Source: Dendrobates tinctorius
Lineage: Eukaryota
Direction: 5' to 3'
Assembly: GCF_039654945.1 (NCBI RefSeq)
Contig: NW_027361671.1
Location: 26,226,001 to 26,290,000, forward strand
DNA length: 64,000 bases
Below the pieces are notes generated by a model that searched no databases, had not been told where the DNA came from, and saw only the letters and a program-made list of their open reading frames with translations. The first letter of the stretch is position 1. Each line of letters begins with the position of its first letter. Both the position numbers and the translations under genes were made by a program. Positions 49,900-62,066 of the stretch are shown in pieces.

Positions 49900-52023
49900 G
49901 TCCCGGTGGGGGGGGGGGAAGGCTTAAGAATTTTTTCCATTCTTGGCAGTTGATCTCCAACAGCCCCTGGGTCCTCAGTGTGATCAAGGAGAGCTTTCTT
50001 CTAGAATTCGAATCCACCCCCCCGCGGTGCCTGAGAGTCACCTCCCTACCATCTTGAGAGGCCTTGGCAACGCTAGAGTCTGGCATGCAGCTCCTTCTGC
50101 AATCAGGTGCCATTTCTCGAGTCCCTGTGGAAGAGCAAGGAAAGGGCTATTATTCCAAGCTGTTCTTAGTAAAGAAGCCCACAGGAGAGGCGAGAATAAT
50201 AATAAACTTGAAAAATCTCAACCGCCACATTGCATACCGCAAATTCAAAATGGAGTCGATGAGGACTGCCATCCCCTTGATAAGGCCTCTTTCCTTCATG
50301 GCGACCATAGATCTGATGGATGCCTATTTTCACATCCCTATATATCATGCTCACAGGAAATATCTATGGTTCGCGATCCGTCAGGGTCCCGAGATCAGGC
50401 ATTATCAGTACAACGTGCTTCCCTTTGGGATATCCTCTGCCCCACGAGTGTTTTCAAAAGTTATGGCGGAAGCTGTGTCCCACATCAGAAGTCGAGGTAT
50501 ATGTGTGGTGCCCTACCTGGACGACCTATTGATGATAGGAACCTCCTACCAGACCCTGAAAAATCAGGTGACTCAAACTCTGGACATTCTTCAATCCCTG
50601 GGGTGGATCCCGAATATAAAAAAAAATAAAAAAATCGCAGATCCAGCCCTCTTAGGAAATAAGATTTTTGGGAGTCCTCTTAGACTCAAGAAGACAGATG
50701 TCCTTCCCGCCGGAGGATCATTAGGTGGCTATAGAATCAAAGATCTTGAGTTTCAGAAAACAGAGGTCCCCGACCCTCCAGTCAGCTATGTCAATACTGG
50801 GGCCGATGATGTCCTGTATCCAGTCAGTACCGTGGGCGCAGGCCCATTCCAGAATCCTCCAGTCCCATATGTTAGGAAATTGGAACAGACACCACAATTG
50901 CCTGAACAAGAGTCCTGACCCCAGAAAGGGTAAAGGCTTCACTAGCCTGGTGGCTGGACCGCCAAAACCTGCGCAAAGGGATCAGCTGGTCCCAGGTCCC
51001 CTTGATCACGGTAACATCAGATGCCAGCAAAAAAGGCTGGGGAGCTGTAGTATCCCAGCTGCCATTCCAGGGGTTATGGAGTCGAGAAGTGAGTACGACA
51101 TCTTCAAATTTCAGAGAGCTCAAGGCAGTGGAAGAAGCTCTCCTGGCCGCAAGACACCTGGTCCAGGGTCATCATATCAAAGTCGACTCCGACAACATAA
51201 CGACAGTGGCACACCTCAGGCACCAGGGTGGCACGAGGTCGAACAGCCTACAAAACCTTTCGGGACGAATATTTTCTTGGGCCGAAAGGCACCTCCTTTC
51301 ACTTACAGCAGTGCACCTAAAGGGGACCTCCAATCTTCAGGCAGACTTCCTAAGGCCTGTTTTACACATCCATTTTTTTGCATCCATCAGAGTGTGAAAA
51401 AACAGATCCGTTTCCGTTTTGCCGCAAACGGATGCAAAAGGATCCTTTTTTTGACGGATCAGCGGTAGCCGCTAATGGAAGTCTATGGGACTAAACGGAT
51501 CCTCCAAAAAAATGGCGGATCCGTTTTTTAACGGAAACCAACGGATTTTGACGGATTTACAAAAACGGAAGTGTGATCCAGGCCTAAGCAGGAGATGTAT
51601 CCAGCCTGGCGTGTGGAGTCTGAACGGAAGAATCTTTCAGAAACTAGTGAGCAGGTGGGGCCTTCCGGAGGTGGATCTGCTAGCATCAAGCAGAAATGCT
51701 CAGGTGGGGAAATACTTCCCCCTGAACCCCAGGGACAGATCTCTGGGAGTAGATGCCTTGTGGGAGTTCTGTCTGGCGTATGTCTCCCCCCAGTTCCAAT
51801 CCTTGCTGCAACCCTGAGAAAGATCCGAGAAGATCAAACTCAAACCATCCTGGTGGCTCCGCTATGGCCAAAGAAGAGCTGGTATTCTTTAATCACGGAA
51901 CTCCAGGTAGATGGGCCACTCCTCCTACCCCTGGAAGATGACCTCCTCCTGCAGGGTCCCCTATGCCACCCAAACCTTCGGGGGATGAAGTTAGCGGCAT
52001 GGTTACTGAGGCCCAAATCTTGA
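49900..52023 (+). pseudogene. DIRS RT, RNase H and methyltransferase-like domain, frameshifted
   Basis: YSKLFLVKKP, IDLMDAYFHIPI, LPFGISSAPRVFSK, PYLDDLL; SDASKKGWGA, RELKAV, SDNITTVAHL; WGLPEVDLLAS, ILVAPLWPKKSWY. Confidence 0.92.
51354..51584. mobile_element. PIF/Harbinger-type MITE in the DIRS RNase H
   Basis: taa|ggcctgttttacac ... gtgtgatccaggcc|taa; removal restores ADFLSR. Confidence 0.87.
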
Positions 52024-53054
52024 GGGCCAAGGGTCTATCACAGGCGGTAGTCGCGACCCTTCAGAAGGCAAGAAAGCCGGTCACCAATGCCATATACAAC
52101 AAAGTATGGAAGAATCATTTTCATCATGGTGTCTGCCGAACCCTCCTGACCCAGCAAATCCTAACATCTCCCGTATACTAGACTTCTTGCAGAATGGGCT
52201 CGAGTTAGGCCTAAAGCCTAGCACCCTGAAGGGACAGGTCTCGGCCTCCATGTTCCATGTTCAACTGCGAATTAGCCAGCCACCGCTGGATAAGAAGATT
52301 CGTGACATCAGCTACTAGGCTACACCCAAAAAAACAAATTGACATTCCTTCATGGGACTTGAATGTGGTGCTTAAGGGGCTCACTCAATCCCCCTTTGAG
52401 CCCCTGTCGTCTTGTACTTCTCAACTTCTTGCCTGTAAAATAGCCTTCCTTGTAGCAATAACCTCGGCAAGACGTATAGGAGAGCTCCAGGCTCTTTCAA
52501 TCAGAGAGCCCTACCTAACTATTAGAGATGATTTCATAGTCCTCTCTCTTGATCCATCCTTTCTCCCAAAGATTGTGTCTGACTTTCATAGGTCACAGGA
52601 GATAATTCTTCCCTCGTTTTGCCAGAACCCAACGAATCCTAAAGAGGAGGTATTTCATACGCTTGATGTAAGGAGCATAGTTCTTCACTACCTGAGTTTT
52701 ACGAAATCCTACAGAATCGACCACAATCTGTTTATCCATTCGTCGGGTGCAAACAAAGGAAAGAAGGTGGCAAAGAACACCATTGCCAACTGGATCAAGA
52801 AAGCCATCTCTGAAGCATATCTAGCGCAGAACATCATATCCCCTATGGGGATCAGGGCTCATTCAACACGATCTACCTCTGCATCATGGGCTGAGAGGGC
52901 AGGCGCATCCTCAGAGCAGATCTGCAAAGCGGCAACTTGGTCCTCGTTACATACCTTTACCAAACATTATCGGTTGGACCTTGTGTCCAATAGGGATTTA
53001 GTCTTTGGCCAAAAAGTTCTTCAGGCCATTGTTCCCACCCTAAGTGCAGTATAG
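52000..53054 (+). pseudogene. DIRS tyrosine recombinase (catalytic part open, 52257-53054)
   Basis: AITSARRIGELQAL (R), AHSTR (HxxR), ATW, FTKHY (Y); N-terminal part frameshifted. Confidence 0.92.
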
Positions 53055-53063
53055 GTTGTTATG

Positions 53064-53149
53064 CCTCCTATGCTGTCGTGGAAGGTTGCTAGCGAAAATA
53101 GAATTTGACTTACCGGTAATTCGGTTTCTAGAAACCTTCCACGACAGCA
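53064..53149 (+). other. DIRS internal complementary region (ICR)
   Basis: First half is complementary to the element start (ttttctctagcaaccttcc); second half to the element end (ctagaaaccgaattaccggtaagtc...ttcta). Confidence 0.9.
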
Positions 53150-53799
53150 CTATTTCCCTCCCTGTATTCTTGGACAAATTCTGAGAATCGCAAGGTAACC
53201 GGTGCTACAGTGTTCAGTTATAAGTCACTGGTGAGAGGGAGGTGGGAGGGACCTTTTAACCTCTTTGTGCTTCCTGTCCCCCATTAGGGTGTGGAGACAA
53301 CCTCCTATGCTGTCGTGGAAGGTTTCTAGAAACCGAATTACCGGTAAGTCTAATTCTATTTTCACACCTGGATTTGGGGATCCTCTGCCATTTTTCCTTG
53401 CAGATCCTCTCCAGTTCTGTCAGGTTGGATGGTGAACATTGGTGGACAGCCATTTTCAGGTCTATCCAGAGATGCTCAATTGGGTTTAGGTCAGAGCTCT
53501 GGCTGGGCCAGTCAAGAATGGTCAAAGAGTTCTTGTGAAGCCACTCCTTTGTTATTTTAGCTGTGGGCTTAGGGTTATTGTCTTGTTGGAAGGTGAACCT
53601 TCGGCCAAGTCTGAGGTCCAGAGCACTCTGGAAGAGGTTTTCATCCAGGATATCTCTGTACTTCGCCGCATTAATGTTTCCTTCAATTGCAACCAGTTGT
53701 CCTGTCCATGCAGCTGAAAAACACCCCCATAGCATGATGCTGCCACCACATACCGCTTACAATTATCACCAAAAGCGTGCATTGGAAATAAGATGACAG

Positions 53800-54600
53800 G
53801 TGCCCACGGGGTTTGAATCAAGAGCGCGCACCGCAAGTCAACTGGATGGGAAAAGAGAAGGGAGGCACCCTTCCTGTATTAAAGAAAGGTATTTAAAGGG
53901 GAGGCAGAAGTGCTGGCAGAACCAGCAGCAGGAGCCAGAAGGGCGGTCGTGCTCACAGGAGAAGAAACAGCCACGCAGCAGCAGCGGGGGCCGCTCGGGC
54001 AGAACACAGACGGATCTCCGTGATTCCAGGAAGGAGAGGACCATCGTCTCTGGAGGAGACATTAAGAACACCATTCAACCTCCGGATCCGGTACCCATTT
54101 GAAGCGTCTGAGTGGTGAGTGAGCTCAGAGAAAGTACAGCACACTAATGTCTGTTCTCTTTCTCACTCTCCTGTCTCCTACCCTTTCCCTTTTTTTTTCT
54201 ATACATTGGTGGGGTGGAGTATAGGGGGTCCCTAAAAAGAGCAAAACCAAGCTTAAAACTAGGGAGAGTCCCCTATGCAGACGGTGGTTAGGAGCCTCCT
54301 AGAATAAAAAGCTATGTCAGGACTGTATTGACAGGACAACTGGAGAAGAGACTCACACTTTTTCTGAAAGCTTAAAATCCCTGATACAGTCCAAAGTCTG
54401 TAAGTCAGTTAAGGTGTTGCAGGCCACAACGGACACAGACAGGAAGGGGAGAGATAGATCCAGCCCCTCTTTTGTATCACAAGAAGACTCCACAGGTTCA
54501 GAGCCAGAGGACTCAGATCAATCGCAATACCCTGAGAGTAGTTCAGGAGAAGATATTACGTTCCCGACAGAGGCAACGGACAAACTAATAAAAGAGTGAA
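53800..54600 (+). mobile_element. 5' fragment of a second, divergent DIRS element (ORF1 start)
   Basis: From 54225: GVPKKSKTKLKTRESPLCRR...KKLCQDCIDR...SLKSLIQ, later FPTEATDKLIKE, paralleling ORF1 of 47717-53362. Confidence 0.65.
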
Positions 54601-54611
54601 ACACAAAGAAA

Positions 54612-55083
54612 AAACACAGTATGACAAATGTGCAAAAATACTCTGCTGTAAAAAATATATAACAGTAGGCAGCAAGTGCTAGTAAAAAAAAAGATAACAA
54701 AAACAGGGTATTTAGTTGATACTTTTTTGCAAAAAATGCATACTAAGCCACCTCACCAACGTCATGGTATACCCATCTCGGAGCAGTCCTATCTAATGTA
54801 TTTAAAACCTGATCATGTGAACAGTACCTATAGGAGCAGGATTCCGAAAGACGCTTCCTGATGTGGGCACGCTGTGTAAGACGGCTCTTTATATGCATGT
54901 CACACAAGAGAGGGGCGGGGATGTCCCAAAACTTGCACAAGCAAGAAACTAATAGATTAAAAACACATGTGACATGCATAAAAGTAAACAGGTCGGTTGG
55001 ACAATGTTCACACCACCCAAAGACTGAAACATGAAGAAACACAGTATGACAAACGTGCAAAAATACTCTGCTGTAAAAAATAT
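54612..55083. repeat. Segment bounded by 47-bp direct repeats (possibly Penelope pLTR-derived)
   Basis: aaacacagtatgacaaa(t/c)gtgcaaaaatactctgctgtaaaaaatat at 54612-54658 and 55037-55083. Confidence 0.6.
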
Positions 55084-55084
55084 G

Positions 55085-55521
55085 TGCATTTCACTTGTTA
55101 AAGACTAAACTTCAGACAGAAAGGCCCACAAACAAACAGCAACTGAAAACCACTGCAGTGAAAGCCTGGCAGAGCATCAAAAAGGAGGAAACACAGCGTC
55201 TGGTGATGTCCATGAGTTCAAGACTTCAGGCAATCATTGCCAACAAATGGTTTTCAACCAAGTACTAGAAATGAACACTTTATTTACAATTATTTAATCA
55301 GTCCAATTACTTTTGGTCCCTTTAAAAACAGGGTGGCACATGTTAAGGAGCTGAAACTCCTAAACCCTTCATCCAATCTTAATGTGGATACCCTCAAATG
55401 AAAGCTGAAAGTCTGAACTTCAATTGCATCTGAATTGTTTTGTTTAAAATTCATTGTCGTAATGTCTAGAACCAAAATTAGAAAAATGTTGTCTCTGTCT
55501 AAATATATTTGGACCTAACTG
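55085..55521 (+). mobile_element. Right end of a Tc1 element (family of 11052-11677)
   Basis: Transposase C-terminus (...IIANKWFSTKY*) and a long TIR ending ggacctaactg|ta, complementary to 11052-11270. Confidence 0.88.
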
Positions 55522-56045
55522 TATATATAATTCTTTTTGTACCGTCCCCCCTCCTTATTTGTGATGGGTAATAGATTTTGAATACTGCCTATATCCTATT
55601 GTGTATTCCATCAGGCTATAATTATTATATGCAACTGTTTTTATATATTGCCATTTTTACCATTCCCTCATCTGTGTGTGGTAACTAGGTGTTGCTTATT
55701 CCCGTTTTCATATTTTGTGATTGAGTCATCCTAAGTTTGTATTTTATCAATTTTTTGAATAACAATAAAATTATATATTTTATCTATTTACTGCTCTTGG
55801 TTCCATTATTTTTTGGTTTGTATATCCATTCTATGTAGGTAGGTTACCTTGCAAAATCGTCGTTGTATCAAATATTTATTTTCCCCGCTGTACATAGCTA
55901 TCTCTCAATCCATTCGCTGCTTCACCATTTGGTAAGGAAAATCTCATTCCCAGATGCAGAATTTGCACCCATCAGATATGTATTGCAAATCCTTTGGCTA
56001 TGCAAAAATGAATATAATGAGAACACTTCTTTACTGCAGCTTTAA

Positions 56046-57038
56046 ATGGAATCTGTCATCAGGTTTTGCTATGTATGCAACCAGAAGAAAAAGGAGTTCA
56101 AATACCCATATAAAATATTATTTTTATTAATTATTATCAATAAAAACAATTTTCAAAAAATTCCTCTATAACCATATATTTTTTTCCCATAAAAATAATA
56201 ATAATAACTAACACAGTGAAGGACACATGACCATGAATCTAACACATTTACATAGTTGTATGGGCTTGGGATTTAGAGATTTTAAAGCTTTCATAGCACT
56301 ATGTATACCTATTGTGACACTATCATAGTGCTGGGTACTTCTAAAATAATAACCATGGGTATTATCAACTATTATATAACCATCAATATGGCCCCATACA
56401 GACCCTAGAAATACCAAGGTAGCAATTCCAGCACAAGATAAATTCTCACTCAAATTAGTCCCAGTAAATGGTCAGAATGGGCAGCCCCAACGCGCGTTTC
56501 GCGTTGGCTTCCTCATGAGGCTATATATATGTATTTGAACTCCTTTTTCTTCTGGTTGCATATGGTAGTTGGAGTATACCTTTTATTGGTGAGTTTTATT
56601 GGTTTAACCCCTTCTTTTCTGGATTTTTATTCCTAGGTTTTGCTATGTAGTCTGATGACAGCATGATATAGGGGCTGAGACACTGATTTCAGTGATGTCA
56701 CTTAGTAGGCAGTGTGCTGCTGTTTCAATGCAATGAGTGTTTTATGTGCAGTAGATTATCCCTGCTGAACTGGTGTCCGTGTGCATTCTGGTTCAACTCT
56801 GCCACCACCACTGATTAGAAGTTTACTGCCAATATAAAATGTACACAAAAAGCTGCTAAGCAGGGGTGTGGGTGGGGGCAGCTCTCTGAGCTCTGCTACA
56901 TGCTACATTTAAAAACTCTCATTGTATCACAATTACTGATCCCAGTAAACTAAGTGATACATCGCTGGAGTCAGGGTCTCTTTTCCTACATTTTGCTACT
57001 CTGAGATGAGGTAGCAAAAACTTGCTGACAGATTCCTT
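56046..57038. mobile_element. T2/Kolobok-type MITE carrying a nested insertion
   Basis: ttaa|atggaatctgtcatcaggttttgcta ... tagcaaaaacttgctgacagattcctt|ttaa. Confidence 0.78.
56076..56634 (-). mobile_element. Penelope-like terminal fragment with minimal hammerhead motif
   Basis: 15-bp TSD aggttttgctatgta (56061-56075, 56635-56649); ~30-bp inverted repeat 56076-56105 / 56531-56560; hammerhead-like motif 56483-56522. Confidence 0.72.
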
Positions 57039-57042
57039 TTAA

Positions 57043-58304
57043 CACCTTAACGTCCAATGACGGGCAGACTCCGTCTTTGGACGCCTCCCCGTTTGGTGCG
57101 GGCTCCGGCGATGAGCCCGCACCTTTTCCGGCACATAACAGCTGTCTGATCACCTGACATGTGCCCCTAACAGCCAGAATTGCGATCGACCCGCGGCTGT
57201 TAACATGTTAAATGCCGCTGCCAAACTTTGACTGTGGCATTTAACATGTACGCTCAGGAATCGTGTCATTGCCTCCACCCATCTAAGCCCGTGTCACATG
57301 ACCATGGGTCGCTGATGGGTTGGAATGACAACCCGGGGTCAGCAGGAGACCCCTGTGGTTGTCATAGCCAGATAGTTATGGGCGGCGCCCAACAGTCGGC
57401 ACTCATAGCAAGTGAGCATATGTGCTACATAGAGGAGGGCTGCAGCCCTTCTGTATGTAGCAGAGGCAATCAGACAACTGCAGATTCAAGTCTCCCTTGG
57501 TGACTATTGAAGCAAGTAAAAAAAAAATGTTTTTTATATATTTTTTTATATTTTTAAAAAGTTCAAATCACCCCCCTGTTTCGCCCCATTCAAAATAAAC
57601 CAATACAAAAATCAATTACGCACATATTTGGTATCACTGCGTTCAGAATCGCCCGACCTATCAATATATAAAAAGAATTAATCCAATCAGTAAACGACGC
57701 AGCGAGAAAAAATTGAAACGCCAGAATTATGTTTTTCAGGTTGCTGCAACATTGAAATAGAATGCAATAACAGGCGATCAAAAGATTGTATACACATCAA
57801 AAAGGTATCAATAGAAACGTCAGATCGGCGTGCAAAAAATAAGCCCTCACCCAGCCCTAGATCTCGAAAAATAGAGACGCTACGGGTCTCGGAAAATGGC
57901 AACTTTTTTCTTTTTTTTTTTTTTACAAACTTTGGAATTTTTTTTCATCACTTAAATAAAAAAAGAACCTACACATGTTTGGTGTCTATGAACTCGTAAT
58001 GACCTGGAGAATCATAATCACCGGTCAGTTTTAGCAGTTAGTGAACATTGTAAAAAAAAATCCAAAAAACAACTGTGGGATTGCACTTTTTTTTTTTTCG
58101 ATTTCACCGCATTTGGAAATTTTTTCCTGCTTTCCAGTACATGATATGGTAAAACCAATGGTGCCATTCAAAAGTACAACTCATCCTGTAAAAAACAAGC
58201 CCTCACATGGCCATTCTGACAGAAAAATAGAAACGTTATGGCCGTGGGAAGAAAGGGAGCAAAAATAGAAATGCAAAAATGGAAATACCCCTGGTCCTTA
58301 AGGG
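57043..58304. mobile_element. Non-autonomous piggyBac-type element
   Basis: ttaa|caccttaacgtcc ... ggtccttaaggg|ttaa; no ORF; related fragment at 26460-27276. Confidence 0.83.
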
Positions 58305-58687
58305 TTAATGTTTATTTTTATATCTGTACATTTATGTTTAGTATATCTTTTGGCCTTATGGCATAAGGGGTTTATCTATTTCATTAATGTGATGAAACAC
58401 TTTGGATGTCCTACTTATTCAGCAGGCAGAAGTGGCATTAATGTTGAAATGACTCAGTTTAATATTGTATGACTGGTTATGGATTACACATTTGTAAAAG
58501 ATGCTGGATCTGATCCAAAACCCATCTAGAAATTTAATGAAGGATGATTTTCCACACCATGAGCTCCATTATTCTGTGAAATGCAGTGTTTAAAGGGATT
58601 GCATGATTTTAAGGCCGGCGTCACACTTGAGAGAAATACAGACGAGAGACAGGCGCAAAAACAACGCATTGCACTGGGACCAATGTT

Positions 58688-58900
58688 TCATTGATTCTTC
58701 TTCAGTCTTGTTTCTTTATCATCAAGGTTTCGCATGCATATGTTACTGCAGAAAAAAAACAAACTATGTATAAGACGTGCCTTCATTGCCAGTTGAATGT
58801 TCCTAGATTTGACGACCCTTTCCAGTGACTTCATTGTTGACTTGCTCATATCTATTATTTTTGACTTTCGATGTTGTCGCTGCATCTTGAGTGATCGAGA
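58688..58900 (-). pseudogene. RTE-clade LINE fragment
   Basis: MSKSTMKSLERVVKSRNIQLAMKARLIHSLFF resembles the post-RT region of RTE elements. Confidence 0.6.
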
Positions 58901-60101
58901 AAACAGGGATGGTAATAAACCATAGGTTCCTTCTCTATCGGAAGTCCAGCTGTGTTTTACAGCTGACTACCCAGTCCCGCAGGGTGTAGCTGCTCTACTA
59001 TGAAGGAATGTTTTAGAACATCACTGCAAAGTGAAAAATGGACCACCCAAACTTATATGGGCAGTCTGAAAGTGGTTAAAAAATGTGAACAACTAATGTC
59101 TGATAATTTTTAAAAAATGGTGAGCCGAAAGTCATAAATGACTGAAAGATCCCCTACAATTACCTGGACTTGCACCCCAAAATCTCATGTGTATAGATGT
59201 AACGTACAGGGTGCTGAATGATCTGCAGAAATATTCACTGCCTTAGTTTGATTTTGTTTAATAGGAGAATCTAGCCTTGGAGGAAATTGTATCCGGAAAC
59301 AAATTATTCAATTTCTTGGGAGTACGGAGTTGTTTTTTAATACAATGTAACTTTTTATATTGAACTAAAAGCACCTCAGGCCCTGCTTCCACTCATTTTA
59401 ATTGGATTATATGCAACCTTGAAGCATTAAATCTACAGATAACACCGAATTATATAAGATAATGAACTGAGAGCCGGAATGTGTTCCTCTGCACATTGAT
59501 TTCAATAAATAGCTTTTCCACCTTTAACTTTCTTGATCTAGAGCATCCAGCACCACTAACAGATGTTTCAGCCCGTTCTTAAATATCTGGGTTTTCGAGG
59601 TGGCAAAATGGGATTTTTCTGTAGAACCAAATGATCTCAGTGCATAGGAAGAATTATTTTTTAACTCTCCAGGACTTAAAGCCCTGGGGAAAATTTATTG
59701 CCGGCATCATGTCAAATCTTGTGTACGGCTTTCTTCAGCCACGTTATTGTTCCTCTGAAGTCGGGTGTACACTTCCCGGTCTTCAGAGGTGCACTGCGCA
59801 TGACCGGAAGTCCAGAAAATGACTTGCGCACACTGAGAGAAGCAGGAACAAGCAAAACTATCTGTAAGCACTGCTAAAGAAAGCTGGATGCACGCACGAG
59901 ACCTGCAGACAGCTGGCCATGACGCTGCCTCCTGCAAATCATGTTCTCATGCCCACAGGGGCGTGATAACATACAGAGAGAACGACTAGTCTGTATAAAA
60001 AAACAAAGCTTATAAATACTTTTTTTAAATGTGTTTAGGAGTCTAAAGTTATAAAGGCACGGTTAGGTAATAAATTTAGCAATACACATACAAATGTTAA
60101 C

Positions 60102-61109
60102 AATAATAATCTTTATTTTTATATAGCACTAACATATTCCGCAGCGCTTTACAGTTTGCACACATTATCATTATCCCTGATGGGGCTCACAATCTAAATT
60201 CCCTATCAGTATGTCTGTCTTTGGAATGTGGGAGGAAACTGGAGTACCCGGAGGAAACCCACGCAAACACAGTGTTAGGAACGGCGGAACACACTAAATG
60301 AAAATAATAATACAGTGCGTTCGCCGCTCGGGGTCCACCGTGCAGTAGGTGATATAACTGCTGCTAAGTGGTGGCAGGAGCAATATGGCGGAAATGCATA
60401 CAGGGTTAAACTTCACCCAAGTGCGCAGAGCAATCTCAGTTAACTCACAGAGATGCCAAAAAGTACAAACACAAATGACTGAGCCTGTTGTAGTCACAGT
60501 ACTCAGTAAAAAACACACACGATGTTGCAACTGCGAATGCAAAGGAGCTGCTACTGCAGCGCGGTGTGGACAGTGCCGCTAAACGACATAAGCAAGGCGC
60601 AAGCGCAATGTCGGACGCTAGCAGCTGTGGAAGCAGAGGAGCGCTGGCTCTAACTCAGTCCCTATCCACATGTGTAATATCAGAGAAAAGGGGTTTCAAA
60701 TGTCAGTCACCAGAATCATGCATCCGTCTATATATACACACACACCTTTTATAGCAGCCAGGACCTTCTGCACGCTTCCAGATCTCTGAGATGGACCAAT
60801 GAGAACTGGAGTGGGACCTGAGCACATGACTCCCAATCTCCAATGGGCATGAGCATGCCCAGTAAGAGGACAGAAGGGCTTAGCCTCAGGAGAGATTGGC
60901 TGCAAGGCAATCTCCTCTGCAGTGGATAAATAGGAGGAGAGTGCAGAATGTGAGGATCTGGATCCCTGCTGAGTAAACACAGAAATCCAACTCCAAACAC
61001 ACGGTGAGAACATACAAACTCCTTGTAGATGTTGTCCTTGGTGGGATTCGAACCCAGGACTCCAGCGCTGCAAGGCAACAGTGCTATCCACTGAGCCACC
61101 GTGCTACCC
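60102..61109 (-). mobile_element. V-SINE split by a solo LTR
   Basis: Reverse complement of the 35236-35490 family; A box tggctcagtgg and B box ggttcgaatcc on minus; halves at 60102-60272 and 61000-61109. Confidence 0.88.
60273..60999. mobile_element. Solo LTR
   Basis: tgttagg...ccaaaca (TG...CA) with 5-bp TSD cacag/cacgg inside the SINE. Confidence 0.82.
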
Positions 61110-62066
61110 AATGTTGAGGGTTGTGGGGGACCTGACAGGTTCTCTTTAAGTTTACACTTTATGACTATTGAGCTTTATTCACACATCATTATTTTTGATC
61201 AATATTTGTATGCCAAAACTAGTAAAGTCTCCAACACACAGAACAGGTGTCAAACTTTTCAATTATACTTTTCTTCTGTAAGTTCCATCCCTGGTTTTAG
61301 CAAACACTGACACTGATTTTGGCTTACACAACTGATGTAAAATACTGACCAAATCCTGAACGTGTGAATGTGGCCTTATAGAAGCCTTTGTTTCAAGGAT
61401 GTAAGGATTCTAATGACTTTTTACGCTTTCCATCCAAGCACAATAGGAATTTTATTTGTCCGTTAGATCTCAGCTTTGCTCAGTGCTTTTTATTACACCT
61501 GAATTACTTATAAAGCAGAGTAATAGTTAAAAACTCCTAATGGTGCACATGAGAAATGTATTACTGGACATCTCAAAATTGCTGCCATTATTAAGCTATC
61601 ATTTTTTTTCAATGCTCTTTTCCAGTGTTATTTCCAATCTCCATCATCATTAATGACACAATTCGAAGACATACCTATATGTTATCAGTGTCTTCCATTT
61701 TTAGATTTTTTTGCTTTGCGGCATTATATAATGCTTCACTATTCTTTTCATAGAACAGTCCTGACGGGGAAGCATATGTAGAGGCTTCACAGGGTCTTAC
61801 GTGGCATTTGCTGGGTGGGCGTAGTAGGAACAGCACAATTATTAGTACTTGTGGCAGTGGCATCGTGATTCCAAAATGACTGGGATCACAATATTTCATG
61901 GAGGACTAAAGAGGTAAGTGATATTGTCAGTAGTGAAAGCAAAGAAAAAAAAAATTTCTTCGACATTGAAGTGAAAGCTCTGCATTAATAACGAGGGTCA
62001 TAAAGGAATTGTATTATCAGCAATTCATCATATACAGTATGTCTTTTTTAAGATTGCTTCCTTTAA

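Larger units (their letters stand above)
47717..53362 (+). mobile_element. DIRS1-type tyrosine-recombinase retrotransposon, structurally complete but mutated
   Basis: Inverted terminal repeats (47717-47827; 53226-~53325) plus right extension; ICR; ORF1, RT/RNase H/MT and YR; inserted in a T run without a TSD. Confidence 0.95.
47435..53750 (-). mobile_element. Partial Tc1 element split by the DIRS insertion (47435-47716 and 53363-53750)
   Basis: TIR-type gaaagtactcagaccc / taagtattcagaccc repeats at left; minus-strand MLWGCFS...FQQDNNPK...DLNPIEHLW. The sequence rejoins as aacaagttttt|cacacctgg. Confidence 0.85.

Noticed and set aside
54835-54875. Possible hammerhead in the direct-repeat-bounded segment
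   Set aside because: GAAA and CTGATG occur, but not in a foldable hammerhead order on either strand.
61030-61109. tRNA gene (A and B boxes); also 35236-35290
   Set aside because: These are SINE heads continuing into a V-domain and LINE-like tail.
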